Origin: Vicugna vicugna
Lineage: Eukaryota
Length of the DNA stretch: 64,000 bases
Reading direction: 5' to 3'
Assembly (NCBI GenBank): GCA_013265495.1
Contig: MU058844.1
Coordinates: forward strand, 8,059,260-8,123,259
How positions within the stretch are numbered: position 1 is the first letter of the stretch; every line of letters begins with the position of its first letter. The notes beneath the pieces were generated by a model, which was given only the letters and a program-made list of their open reading frames with translations, did not search any database and had not been told where the DNA came from. Of this stretch, positions 14,756 through 27,800 are shown one piece after another. The translations under genes were made by a program, and so were the position numbers.

Positions 14756-14841
14756 TTTTTTTAATGGAGGTGCTGAGGATTGAACCCAGGACCTTGTGCA
14801 TGCTAAGCAGGCACTCTGCCACTGAGCTGTACCCTCCCCCC
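14756..14841 (-). mobile_element. Camelid tRNA-derived SINE (Vic-1 type)
   Basis: Reverse complement: ggggggagggtacagctcagtggcagagtgcctgcttagcatgcacaaggtcctgggttcaatcctcagcacctccattaaaaaaa; Pol III A and B boxes. Confidence 0.9.
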
Positions 14842-15099
14842 TGTAATTCTTTCTTCTTGAAAGCAACTCTTGGCTCTGTTATGCAAACCCACGATCTTTC
14901 TAAAAGAATCTACAGCGTGAGTTTAGTCAACTCAGTAACTGCCATTAAAAATAACTTATACTTTCAATTAGATGTAATTCCAAGTATTTTTTTTTCCTAC
15001 ATGAAAGGTGATTTGACTTAATTTTTTTTCTGAATTTGAAAGCTGTATACTGAGGTTCCCCCCCCACCCTTGGTTTATTTCTGCCAGCTTGAGCAGAAA

Positions 15100-15300
15100 A
15101 ACTTCTGTTGCATGGATATACAATCAGAACCTCTCAAATTCAAACACGGGATCCTTTACTATTTGTGTGATCTTCCACAAATTCCCTCCGAGTTTCCTTT
15201 TCCTCATTCTGTAGGCTTCATTTGAAGATGAACTGTCATAACATACGAAGGAACTAAGGAGAGTGGTTGGCACATAAAAGTTACTGAAGAAATTGCTATC
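15100..15300 (+). mobile_element. MIR SINE
   Basis: aatcagaac...aaattcaaac...tactatttgtgtgatctt...ttttcctcattctgta...ttggcacata. Confidence 0.6.
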
Positions 15301-16062
15301 CTCCCAAATTAAAATTATTTCATTATTTTATAAGTAGAAAACACAACTGTATATATGCACCTCTCAGGTATAACTTGGTATTACTCCTGCAAAAAAAGTC
15401 CTTAAATTTAAAATCTTATAATGCATGTTCCCTAAACTTCAGACATAACCACATATCATGTATATACTATTGCTTACTTTTTTCCAAATCATCCTTTTTT
15501 CTCTATCCTCTCCTAGAACATTATCTAGATGTGCTGGTTATATATTTTTAAAATATAAACATAAAAATAAAATTGTAGGGATTAATTTAAAGATTATCTC
15601 TGGTCTCTTAGAATCATCTTGTGTCTGGTCTGTGGTGGTATACCTCACTTTAGTAATTATTGTGTTGAAGTTATGTAATGATGTATGTCTCCAGGTTATA
15701 TTTCCAAAACAATTTTTAGCAATAGGATTTTTTCCCACTATTTTGCAAAGCAAGTAGATTTATGGACACTGAATTATGTTAAAAAAAAACCTAGGTTACT
15801 GATTAAAAATTAAATAGAGGATATAACAGGAGCTTATGATTCCCAAAAGCTTCTAAAGTTCACTAATAAATACGGGTATTTCATGCCAACTAATATAATA
15901 GCTTCATTAATTTCAGCCTTTGGTCACAAAATGTCTTTAAGAGACAGAACTACAACCAATGATATGAAATGTGATTAATGACTGCTGCTACCACAAAGAA
16001 ATGTTGTTGGGTTAAGTTTACTGATAAAACTGATCAAAGCAAATATCTTTCCTTTCAGAGAC

Positions 16063-16120
16063 TTGAAATAGAACTAAGAGGAACTTCTGCATTGAAATAG
16101 AACTAAGAGGAACTTCTGCA
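16063..16120. repeat. Perfect 29-bp tandem duplication
   Basis: ttgaaatagaactaagaggaacttctgca x2 (16063-16091, 16092-16120). Confidence 0.95.
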
Positions 16121-16637
16121 TTTCAGAGAAAATTATGTAATAAAATAGCATATAAATCTCAAAAGAAAAATTTGTAATTTGTCATATAGTCTCTAATTGT
16201 CCATGAGAAAAAACCTGGCTCTTTTCCTAACTATGTAAATAAACAGAAAGAAAAGTTTGCTCCAGGGACATATGATACTAGACGTTTTTATGATATTACA
16301 GATTGCAAAAAATCTATCTTGTTTCATTAGGTTAAGATTTGATTAAAAATCATTGTTAAGAATTCATCTATTTTGAAACCTAATTACTTGGTATGAGAAT
16401 TTTGTCCACTACATAAGTTATATAATCCAAAGCTTCAAAATCATTGTCAACATTTCTTGGGGAGTTTAAACCTGTCCATTTGAGCTGACGGTTAAGTGTA
16501 GTTTAAAAAACCTGTTGCATTAGCAAAATTGTTTTGGAACTATATATGGTATTTATGCCATATCCCATTTTCCACAAATGGTGTGTGTGTGGTGGTGGGG
16601 TCTTATCTTGTTAATAACCACTTCTCCAGCAAGAATT

Positions 16638-17040
16638 TTTCTTTAGTGTTTGGAGAGGTTTATCTATATGCTTTTTTATTTTAAATTGAAAAGTAGTCAG
16701 TTTACAATGGTGTGTCAATTTCTAGCATACAGCATAATGTTTCAGTCATACATATACATACATATATTCATTTTCAAATTCTTTTTCATTATAGGTTACT
16801 ACAAGATACTGAATATAGTTTCTTTATGCTTTCATAGTTCATATATGCATCCACAGGGGAAGTTATAAGGTACAGCTTTTAAATGACATGTAAAGGATAG
16901 ACTCATTTCCTTTCTCTTTTAACCCTTGCCCAACAAGTATCACCAGAAGGTAGTTAACTTTTAACCAGTGGCTGTAGATAAGAGAGAGAAAAACAAGTTC
17001 CAAGAAGAGATACTGGTTGTTTAGCTTATTTTCTTCCCCA
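16638..17040 (-). repeat. Left arm of inverted duplication (contains an L1 3' end at ~16672-16830 plus non-L1 sequence)
   Basis: Reverse complement aligns end to end with 17895-18346. Confidence 0.95.
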
Positions 17041-17894
17041 GTAGTGTATGAAGAATGGGCACCACAAGAAAACTGGCATCCCATATCACAGGACAGGAGG
17101 TCTCTTTGGTAACAGTATTTTCAGATGCAAACAAAAACAACCCAAAATATTTGTGTAAATTTATCAAATCGTTAAGGTTCTTTTTCATAAAATGAAAAAA
17201 CTATTGATCAACAATATAGTAACATCACATTATTTAGATTAAGAGGACGGGGGAAAGCCTTTGTTGGAGTATCTAGATATATTCACTCAAGTAAAGGAAA
17301 AGATGCAGTCTCAAATTATTTCAGGGGAAAAAAGATTGTTGTATGTATGATGAAGCATGAAACACAGCAGAGAATGAATATCAGAGGTAGTGCAACCTGG
17401 AGAGGGAGTGCTCCATCTGAAGGCTTTCCAGGTTAAAGAGAGAAAATTGAACACTGTGCAGGTCAACAAAAAACACACGCTGACCTAATACAGACTATAG
17501 GCCATGAGACTGAGTCCCAGGGTTAAAGTAGAGGAGGTTAAAGACAAGGTAAATGTACAAACGGTAAGTTAAACTGAGCTCATCCTGTCTGCTTCCCCTT
17601 AAATATCAAGATATTTTGGTGTTTATTTTCATTTATTTTACATTTTTTTTTAACATCTGTGCTTTTAGATTTAGCCAGTACAAAAGATTTAGATGTAATC
17701 AGAACATAATAAACAAATACTAAAAATAAAGCTGACAAAGTAGTTTGATACTGTCAATATTACATACAAGTCATTAAACACAAGCAGGAAACATCTTATT
17801 ATGCCTGGTTCCTTCCTGCAGGGAATTGCTCCTTCTCCATTCTATTCCAACTCTGGAGGCACTGTCAGTAGAGGGCTCTTATAGCCCCATGCCA

Positions 17895-18346
17895 TGGGGA
17901 AGAAAGTAAGCTGAACAACTAGCATCTCTTCTTGGAACTTATTTTTCTCTCTCTTATCTACAAACACTGGTTAAAAGTTAACTACCTTTTGGTGATACTT
18001 GTTGGGCAAGGGTTGGAAGAAAAGGAAATGAGTCTATCCAGGCTTATTCTTTGCTGAGAAAAGAAATTTATTCAGTTGGACAGATAGATACACGTTACTT
18101 GTCATTTAAAAGCTGTACCTTATAACTTCCTCTGTGGATGCATACATGAACTATGAAAGCATAGAGAAAGTATATTCAGTATCTTGTAGTAACCTATAAT
18201 GAGAAAGAATATGAAAATGAGTGTATGTATATGTATGACTGAAACATTATGCTGTATGCTAGAAATTGACACAACATTGTAAACTGACTACTTTTCAATT
18301 TCAAATTAAAAAGCATATAGATAAGCCTCTCCAAACACTAAAGAAA
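17895..18346 (+). repeat. Right arm of inverted duplication (L1 3' end at ~18164-18309; extra ~55 bp at ~18040-18094)
   Basis: For example ttaaaagttaactacc, gtgatacttgttgggcaagggtt, tttaaaagctgtaccttataacttcc and ctctccaaacactaaagaaa are all reverse-complemented in the left arm. Confidence 0.95.
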
Positions 18347-18439
18347 GAGGACACATGATCCCAGAAAGGTCAGAGACCTTTTTCCAGGATTAATAGAGGC
18401 ATTAAGACAATTCTTTCAGAGACTGACAAGAGTCTATAA

Positions 18440-18688
18440 GCATAAAGGTGCAGGAGTCATCTCATTAACACCGAGTCCCACAGAGAATGGAGTGAATCCA
18501 GAGGGAACCAAAGACACAGAATGAAGACAAATTCCAAAAACATAATAAAACACCTGGATCTCATTGTGTCTACATCTAGTCAACTCCAGGAATTTTCAGT
18601 TATGGGGCTTAATAAATTCTCTTTTGTGTTGAAGCAAGTTTAGACTAAGTTTCTATTACTTATAAACAAAAGAGTGTGATAAATATAA
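18440..18688 (+). mobile_element. Old MLT1 (MaLR) LTR 3' part
   Basis: cacctggatc...ttttcagttatgggg...aataaattctcttttg...aagcaagtttaga...tttctattactt...aaaagagt. Confidence 0.65.
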
Positions 18689-19310
18689 GAGACAAAGAAG
18701 GGATTTCAGTTTAATTTGCATTTATCCACTTACATCTAAGTATACCCCCTATGGCTTTCCATTCAAAGAACAGATTTCTAGCCCACCCCTACTCCGGGAT
18801 TTTTCTAACCCAACAGACACATTATCCCATTATCTCAACCTAATCATTAGTGCCTTTGTGGGGGAAAGTATTACCTTATTTGATAACACCCCAGGGCTAG
18901 TACATGTTCTATATATACTTGGACACCAGTAGTTCTTTAAAAAAAAAAAAAAGAGGACAAAATCTATTATAGTAATTAAGATATCAATTATATAGAGTGT
19001 CATACATAACAGCCTTATTTTTTCAACCCAACTAAGTATTAACGAAGCAAACTTTAAAAAAAAAAATTAAAAGCATTTAAACGAATTTTTAGGGTATATG
19101 GCATAGTACTTCAAAAAAATTTCAGCCATATCAATGATGTGGCCCAAAACACAGAGATTACAAACACCATCCATTTACTAGTCTTAAGATTCACAAAAAT
19201 ACTATTTCAGAGCACAGCTATCATCATCTCCGTTTCCAGCAGTTAAACCCATAGTCCCTCTCACCACCTGTCAAAGATGAACCCAACCAGAGAAAGCAAC
19301 GCATACTCAC

Positions 19311-19425
19311 AAATTATAAAGCATGTCGGCCATGTTGCTTCGGTAGTACAAAGCGTTTCTATAGGCGCTTTCAGCTTCAGAAATTTTGCTCTGACTCTTC
19401 AGAACATTTCCAAGGTTACCCCAGG
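19311..19425 (-). CDS. TMTC2: TMTC2 internal coding exon (probably exon 4), 115 nt, phase 1 to phase 2; first TPR repeat
   Basis: Read manually, not in the ORF track: (G)CC TGG GGT AAC... = AWGNLGNVLKSQSKISEAESAYRNALYYRSNMADMLYNL, a TPR motif continuing VNPAK in frame. Acceptor cttcttttgtttttggcag|CC, donor AATTT|gtgagt. Confidence 0.96.
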
Positions 19426-20349
19426 CTGCCAAAAACAAAAGAAGTATTCAGGCGGAGTGTCATTCCAATTATATATAACATAACATCAGGACATCAGGAA
19501 GTACCACAGGGAGAGAGAAAATTCTCGTAAAACATTCTTAAGAAAGAAAATTTGTATCCTTTATACTCTAACATTTCATCAAACCTGTGGATTAAATACA
19601 ATGAAAGCCTAAAAAATATTATGTCTCAAAGCTGATATACACACACAGTTTATCCTAAGGCCAAGAACTACGTTATTTTAAGATCACCTACAAAGACTTC
19701 ATGCTCTTTCAAATTTTACTAGGGGTCTTCATGGACTCAGATTATTGTATACCTACTGAATCAGAAACTGTAAGAAATCATCTTAAAATTAAAATTTGAA
19801 AGATTTCATTGAAATATGAAAACACTGATAAATGACACAGAACTGGGGATAAAAAGGAAGATAACTAAGTAAGATCAAAAACTTCATAGAGAGTCTTAAT
19901 AGTCATCAGGACATATCAGTAAAACACTACACTTCTTAAAACAGTTAAGTATATATGTTTTATTCAGATACAATGTTCTTTTATACCCATCCTGCTAATA
20001 AATTCATTTGTGGGAAAAATAAGTGATTCAGTATTTTCGTACATAATCATGTTAAAAATCTTTATTTTCTGTATGTCTTTTATTTTTCACTCCAAATAAT
20101 CAAGATTTCTCAACATTATAATGAACAAAATATATCCCATAAACATACAGCATCTGTCCCTCAAACCTGGGTACTTCTCTTGCCTTTCCTTCCCATAAGA
20201 AGATAGGGTGCTAGGCCTGAACCAGAGTCCCTCCCAGCTAGATGAGGATGAGAAGAAGGCTGACATGTGTCAAGATCTATTTATGTGGGTAATTACCAGT
20301 TTTATCTGAAGGATGAAAGGGGTTTTCAGATACCAATTTTTAATGCATA

Positions 20350-20560
20350 AAAAAGTATAGAATCTTTTAATCCCAGATTTGTCTATGTGCCCTGTAATTT
20401 AACACTCTGTGCTTTCATTCACTCACCTGTAAAATGGGGAAAATAGTATCTCCTGGATTTTGTAATGAGGATAAAATGAGTTAGTATATGTGGGGTATTT
20501 AAGACAGTGCCTGCCAGGTGACTAATACTCAATAAATGCTTGTTAATTTCATTAATATCA
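20350..20560 (+). mobile_element. MIR SINE
   Basis: taacactctgtgctt...ctcacctgtaaaatggggaaaatagtatct...gtaatgaggataaaatgagtta...cagtgcctg...ctcaataaatg. Confidence 0.75.
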
Positions 20561-20749
20561 TTGTCATTGATGCCTTTTGCAATTGACAATGCAAAGCACA
20601 GCTTTTAGAAACAGCATCAAATATAATGCACTTTCTGTCCTTAATATTATCTACAGCGAATACTAATCTTTCATATTTGGAAAGTCATGTATCTCCTTTT
20701 GTTTCAGATGGAAAACGGGAAAAGCACTCTACTCACAATTATACAACAC

Positions 20750-21800
20750 CTAATCATGCATATTCACCATATACAAAGGTAAACTCCAGAAAGTTTTAAA
20801 AGATAAATGTGAAAAAATGAAGTTAACGGAAGAATATAGAGATTATCTCTGTGGAAGGGAAAGGGACCTCCGAACAGAACTCAACAAGTAAAAAACTGAT
20901 GAATTTGAGTATCTCGAAAAGAAGAACTTCTATTTATTGAAGGACATTATGGACAAAATTAAACATGCATTAATATACCAGAAGATATTTCAAACATCTA
21001 AACAAGACACTATACTTAGGAACTAGAACTCCTAACAAAGCAACAAGAAATGATAAGAAATCCAACGAGGGGATAAAAATGGGCAAAGGATGTGAACAGG
21101 AATCTACAAAAAGGGAAACCATAATAAATACCAGAGTAAAGTTTAAAAATTTAATACTCAGATTCCTCAGTAAACACAAGTTATAACAACAAGACTTGAG
21201 ATTGGCAAAAATTAGAAAACTGGATAAAGCCAAGTCCTGGTAGGGATATGGGGAAGGAATATGCATTATTGAGAACAGTGTAGCCTGGGGAAGCCATTGT
21301 GTTATGCCATCTGTCAATATGCTGTCAAATCAACAAATGTCATTTGACTACGTCATGAATAATCCCTGACCAGCAATCCCACTCCCAGAGAAACTCTCAT
21401 CTAAGAGAACATGACAGGATGTTTCATGCAAGCCTCTTAGTGTTGGCCAACCACAGGAAGTAATCAACCTGCCCATCATGGGAGTATATGTGGGATGACC
21501 ACACAACAGTGAGGACCAACAAATTCCATGTAAATATTGTGGTATGAATGGACCTTGAAAATTTACAAAAATTCAAAATATCTAAAATATTCTGTCACCA
21601 GTTATAAATATTAAAAATTTGTTCCCACTCAAAATATCACTACATACTTCACAAGGGTACATTATAACTCAAAGGATGCAACTCAAGTATGGTAGACCAG
21701 CTGCCTATGGTACAAAGGGAAATTGAAGTTAGGGATAGAGATAAAAGGGAATAAATATGTAAATAAAAGAAAGGAAATTTGTAGGGATCATCCTAAAAAT
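20750..21800 (+). mobile_element. Ancient L1 (L1M) ORF2-end/3' UTR remnant
   Basis: caccatatacaaaggtaaactccaga, aaaatgggcaaaggatgtgaacagg, gattggcaaaaatt, tgaccagcaatcccactcc. Confidence 0.7.
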
Positions 21801-22619
21801 TGCCCACAAACTGAGGGATATAATTAATTCAACTTCTGCAACTGGGTGGTAGGGGAGAAGAAAAATAAAAAAAGGGAGAAAAGGAAAATTAAGGCCAACA
21901 ACTCACATTCTTTTAGAATACAGATGAAGTTATCCTATATCCTACTTAAGGAATAAGGAGTTTTAACATTCACTAAACTTTTTCTTTTACTATGACAATT
22001 TGAAACAGATGTTTGAGATTATCTTCAAATTTTCACTTGGTAATTATACTTTGGACTAACAAAACTTAAAGAGCTTATATTTTCATTAATATTTAATGTC
22101 ATTTATATTTTTACATTTCTAAGACCGTATATTTTATTGATGCATTCATTTCATGACGTGATCTTTAAAAGTACAGTTTTACTGGAATAAAATCCCTGAA
22201 ATTCTTCCAAGAAATTGTGATGAAGCCTAAAAATAAGTATCTCGTTTTTGTAAAGTATTTTAGTAGACAGCATGCCCAGATGAATCCAATTCACACATTA
22301 AACTCGGGAGATAATACAACACTTATGTGAAGTTCAGAAAAAGGTAATTATTTCACTCTAAAAATCTCAGTGTAGTTTTTACAAGTTTTTCCTGAAAGTG
22401 TTTAAAAATATTCAGAGTACTTATTTTATTCCTGTTGTTTGACACAATGAATAAGAAGTTGCTTTCATGTGAGGGACGTCTGTCCCATCTGATAGGTTTA
22501 ACTTGTAGCACTAGGGGCCTTGGTGGAAAAAAAGAGAGAAAGAGGAGAAAAGGTGAAGGGAGAAGGGGAGGTATGGATGGAATAAAAATAGATGTATATT
22601 ATGACAATAAAAATAATCA

Positions 22620-22800
22620 TAGTGCTTTCATTTATTTAAAGTTTACCAGATACTTGACAGTGTCCAGAATTTATTTAACCTAATAATAACCTCACAGGTA
22701 CAACACTAGACCCATTTCACTGATGAAAAAACTGAAGTTCACTCCTTAAACTGCAAAGTTCATTACAAGGGAGAACCCGATCTGTTTCCAGGCATCGGAA
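22620..22800 (-). mobile_element. MIR SINE fragment
   Basis: atttaacctaataataacc...cccatttcactgatgaaaaaactgaagttc. Confidence 0.6.
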
Positions 22801-23246
22801 ACTCACCCTTTCAAGACTGTGTCTGAATATAAAGTAGAATAACATATTATAGCACTCAAAATTTTCATATATTTAATTGAGGGACTAGAATCTAATATGA
22901 AAACCAAAAAAGTTATCCAAATGAGTCATCCCCTCAGAATGGCTAAAGGCAAAATACTCCAGAAACAATAAACTAAAGCTATCTGGTACCCATATTTCAT
23001 AATGTATTTTCTATCCTACAGAAAAATTAATGCAAATAATATATCAAGTGTTTTCCATTTCTTTGGGAATGTAATTTTAAATGTTACGTTTTCTAGGTAA
23101 TGCAATGGAAACAGAACACACTTTACTGATGGAAACAGATGGTTGCTGCTCAAAGATACTGGGGATTCAGGTACATTTATCAGTAAGTGCCCTAAGTGCC
23201 CTGAGGATGCCTTATGTGTGAAAGAGAGTTAAAAAGCATTGTTTAC

Positions 23247-23380
23247 TACTGTGGTGATCATTTTGCAATATATACAGATGTTGGATCATTATGTTGTACA
23301 TCTGTAACTAATTTAAGGTTATATGTCATTTATACCTGAATAAAAACAAAACTAAAAAATTTTAAAATAAATTAAAAAAT
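23247..23380 (+). mobile_element. Heavily 5'-truncated L1 3' end with 15-bp TSD
   Basis: tgtggtgatcattttgcaatatatac...ttatgttgtacatctg...A-rich tail; flanked by aaaagcattgtttac at 23232-23246 and 23381-23395. Confidence 0.9.
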
Positions 23381-24569
23381 AAAAGCATTGTTTACCAAGT
23401 ACATGACTTATTTCTTAGGACTAAGCGTATATGATGATTATATTTTTTAAAGAGGCAAACAGATGCTTCTAGAGGGCTTTAGAAAATCTCATCGTGAAGT
23501 TATTTTCAAAAAGAAAACTAAAATTTTCTTTAAAAAAAATTCAGGAAGCAAAGAAACAAGAATAACTCTTATATCTCAAGAGCCCTACACACTGTTATTT
23601 AAGTGCATCTAAAAGGTGTCCACTTATTAAGAAACTTCACCTTAATTCACAAGGAAAGCTCCTCTCGTACTTTCTGCCACAGTTTATGTTCTTTGAAAGG
23701 CAGAAAAACAATTAAATATTCCCATCTTGTGAAAATTTTTCTAAAGATCAAATGTGAGCTCCTTCTGGAAATGTTAAGTGATTTATAGCAATGAATACCT
23801 CCAAAATTTTTTCAAAGCCCTCATTCAAATATAGTAGTTTTAAGTTCATAAAATAAATTCAAACTTACTGTAAAGTAACTACTGCAATTTCATAGCTCTT
23901 GATGTATTTCATAAAATCAATGTGAAGAGATTTAAGTCATTTTTTCCAAGGATGTTTTTACTCTACACTGGAAGTTTGAAGATATTTATATTCATTTATT
24001 ATAAAAAATTTAAATAATTTTCTTATGGTTATGACATACTTTGCTCTTTTAAAAATTAGCTAATAAGATGAATGAATCTGTAAATATTAATATTTAAATT
24101 TTAGCTACTTAATATTCAGTCAAGCAATCATGCATCAGGGTTAGCATGTCAACATTTCCATTTCACTGGTACACTGAGAACACAGCTACCAAAATCAGTA
24201 AGGACTCCCTCCTATTTCTGACTTCGGCCTTCAGCTGTAATTTATTTTACTTTAGAATTTTGAGATGTCTTCAGTCCCTATGTTAAAATTTTGAGTTCTA
24301 TGTAAAGATCTGGCAAAATCAAAACATTTAACTGCTTTAAGGTGCTAAATCCTAAATTTTGCTTCCTCCAATTCTGAGTTATTTGTTTGAAATCAGAAGC
24401 TATCATCAAAAAACAGTTAAACATTGAAATCTTGCCAGTTAGCCACACCAGCTGCAAAAGAAAATAAATACAGGAGCACAGCCTAACGTATCTGATAAGA
24501 ATTGTTTCTCTTCCAATGATAGGCCTATTTTTAGGCTCCATTTTATGTAAATATCTCTTTATTCTCATA

Positions 24570-24684
24570 ATAAAGATTATCATCCAGTTGGTAATGGATG
24601 AGGAAACTGTGCCTCAGAGAAATAAAATAACACTTAAAAGCTAATACAGCTAAAAGCTGTGTCTGTCTGGTTTCAAAGCTCTTG
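24570..24684 (-). mobile_element. MIR SINE (interrupted by L1 insertion)
   Basis: attatcatcc...ggatgaggaaactgtgcctcagaga...tctgtctggtttcaaagc; continues as ctcttgcttttaatcactatg after 24906. Confidence 0.65.
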
Positions 24685-24895
24685 GTTGTTTTTGTTTTTT
24701 TTAATTGAAGTGTAGTCAACTTACAATATTGTGTTAATTTCCGGTGTACAGCATAGTGATTCATTTATGCATATACATATATGTGTATATATATATATTT
24801 TTTTTTTCCTTTTCATATTCTTTTTTGTTTTAGGCCATTACAACGTTTTGACTATAGTTTCCTGTGCCATACAGTAGGACCTTTTGTTTACCTAC
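24685..24895 (-). mobile_element. L1 3' end fragment with TSD
   Basis: ttttttaattgaagtgtagtcaacttacaatattgtgttaatttccggtgtacagcatagtgattca...cctgtgccatacagtaggacc; TSD caaagctcttg at 24674-24684 and 24896-24906. Confidence 0.9.
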
Positions 24896-27800
24896 CAAAG
24901 CTCTTGCTTTTAATCACTATGGGACACGTGGACTTCAGATGTGTTCCAAAAATGATGTTACCAAGGATATGTTAAATAAATCTACTTTTAAAATATAAAG
25001 GTTAATTATGTTAAACTTCCTACTCTCAATGGAAGGAAAAAAGAAGAAACAAAGTAGAGAGAAGAGAGAAGAGCCATTTAAGTACATGGAACTTAAGATA
25101 AATGTGAATGTGTTTTTTTTTTTTTTTTTTTAACTCTATTCATTAACAAAGGTTGTAAGGGGGTCAACATCTGTAGTCTGGACTTTTTACCAATTATATG
25201 ATAGTCATTTCATATGACTCCAGGGAAATAAGAGTCCTTCTAAGCCTACAAGAACTTATTTTTCCTAAAGTAATTTTACCTTGGATTATTACAAAAAGAA
25301 ACATAATTTTAAATAGGTCAAAAAATTGTCCAGTTAGAATGTTAAATGGAGAAAGTAGACATAATTTAAAGATTACGATTCATATGATACCAGAATACAT
25401 ATACTATATACTTTTATGTAGTTCTAATTATAGCGAGTTTATAACATGCAATTATTTCTCTAGTTTCCCTACCTTTGGTTATTTCAGATGGACCTGAAAA
25501 TAAATTTACTCCTAATCAGGGAAAACAGCATTAAAGATGAAAAGATAAAGTTTAGTATTCCAATGATATGTTAACATTGTCTTGACAATTCTGTTAGTCA
25601 CTATAATATCTATGTGCATACTGCAACATTCACATATACAATTCAGTGCAGGTTTTTGGGGTTTTTTTTTTTTCAAACATATCTAGGGTTGTTCCTTAGC
25701 ATTTTACCATCTGCCATAGCTACCATATTCCTAACTTTGACTATGAGCCACCTCCACATCAATGGTCCAGTGTCTGCGGTCAGTACCACCCATGGTCCTT
25801 GCGACTAGGTCTTACCTGTACCTGCCTTCACTCATTAACTTCCCATCTGTGTTCAGAATTTTTCCCATGGCCTCTCTATCAAAGCAAAACAAAAAATCTG
25901 CCTTATGTGCCTTTCTAATAGCAATGTGCTCTCTGCAAAGTTTCTGATTAACGAATCCATAGTACTATATGTGAAGACAGTAAATACAATTGCATCTACA
26001 GATATGACTGGACAAGGAGGAAGAATCTGGTAGCACCTGAGCTATGAAGCCCTCCTTGTATTTTACCATGAGGCCTTTTTTTGCCTATTACACTGTTGAA
26101 ATTAGTCAATAGAACACTTAAATATATAATTGGCATGCCACAAATAGTGACCCTCTTTATACAAAAGACATACCACTTCAGTAAAGGCTCATTAGAAATT
26201 CCTCACATCTGGCTGATCTCTTGGCCATGAAGTTGTTCAATCAGTACTCATAGACTGTAAATTCTGAAGAGTAGTTGAGTTGCTTCTGATTTCCTATTGG
26301 GGATAGAACTGTCCCAAAGACTCTCTTACAGTTTGCCTCTATCATTTGACTCTGGGTCAGCTCTAAAAGAGGAAGAAGTTTGAAAAAGGCCAAGAGTTTG
26401 GGAATTCTAAACAACTCCAGAGGGGAACAGAGAAGCAATTAAAAAAAAATTCCCTCCTTTGTTCTTTTATAATCTAATCTCATAATCTACTTTATCTCAG
26501 AGAATCCAGTCTTCATTTGGATGGGTCCCCGCCATCTAATGGCCCTGGGTTAGTTTCCCACTATATGTCACTAAAAGGAAATTTGACATGGCAATGTAAA
26601 ACAAAATATCCCAAGCCTATGTTTTTAGTTCTAGTCCTGTCACCAGTGAGATCTGGGTACAGTGAAGTAAATTACTTGACTCTCCTGTTTCTTGTTAGCA
26701 ACAGTAAAAGCAATAATTTAGTCAGCATGTAATCTGGGCCAAACCCTGGGCGAGGCGTGCTGCACAAACCCTGAACCACTCGGTGGTGTTGCTATACTCA
26801 CTGTACAGATCAGCCACCTGTAAGGGCAACGATGACAGTTATGAGTGTCCAGGTTAGGATCAGTATGGGTATCTACCCTCCTGCAAAGTCTGCACTCTCC
26901 CATGCCATTTCTCCTTCAGCATTCTGCCTCTCTCTCAGTTTCTCATCTGTAAAACACGAGCAGCAATGCTTGCCCAAGTTAAACTCCAGCATCACTGAGA
27001 TAACTGAATAAGATAATAGACGTATAATTCTCTGAAAAGTGCATTATTCTGGAAAAAGAATAATATGTCATTATGAGAATATCATCCCTAGAAAGCATAA
27101 CCAGTTAGATGTGAACTTTTATACTACATCTCCTATATTCAGAATCTAGGGGCATGCTGTGGAGAATTCCATTGCCAGATAAATCCAGGCCAAAAAAAAC
27201 AAAACTCAGAGCAACATTAAATACTCTCAAAGCCAGTTTTAAGATAAGAAAAATAATGAAAGTCATAAAGATTACATTTTATCTAAAAAAAGAGTCTGCT
27301 CCTGAGAAAAAAAATATAGTACATCTCAAATATATCAGGACACCACGTTCTACCCTATATTAACTTCTAGATATTAATTTTTGACAGTCACCTTTAGCTC
27401 AGCAGCTAATGTTGAACACGGCAAAAGTTAATACTAGAGAAAAACGGCATTTTAAAAAGAAGTCATCAATAAAAATACAAATTACAAGAATAAAATATTT
27501 ACAAGGGGACAAAAATATTTATGCATGCTAATGAGAAGAAAAGAGAAACTAGCTATTAAATAACTAAAAGAAAAGTCTAAGAACTATCAATTGCCTTTGC
27601 TAGGGACACAAATCTTGGGCAACTATTATTTTAATGTATTTTCTTCTGTACTTTAAGCTGACTGTGAACAACAGGAAAAAAGAAGGAGGTTAATTTTCTT
27701 TTTTTTTTTCTTCTGCCACAGGACATGAAAGGCCATGCAGCAAATACTTGTATGAGACATTTTTGCATCTCTTGAAAAATGATATTGAACCAAAAAATGC

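Noticed and set aside
16063..16120. CRISPR-like or other prokaryotic repeat system
   Set aside because: Two adjacent copies with no spacer in mammalian intron DNA; no cas or other bacterial genes anywhere in the window.
16675..16680. Sense-strand AATAAA in the duplicated L1 tail as an intronic poly(A) site
   Set aside because: No GU/U-rich downstream element on the minus strand, and the motif is frequent in this AT-rich DNA.
18040..18094. 55-bp arm difference as a spliced-out intron (retrocopy origin of the duplication)
   Set aside because: No GT-AG boundaries in either orientation, and no TSD or poly-A around the left arm.
1..19310. Next TMTC2 exon (expected to begin GLLLQENSRF-like) and, in 39178-64000, the preceding large exon
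   Set aside because: Not found by eye or in the ORF track; presumably outside the window, though a short exon could have been missed.
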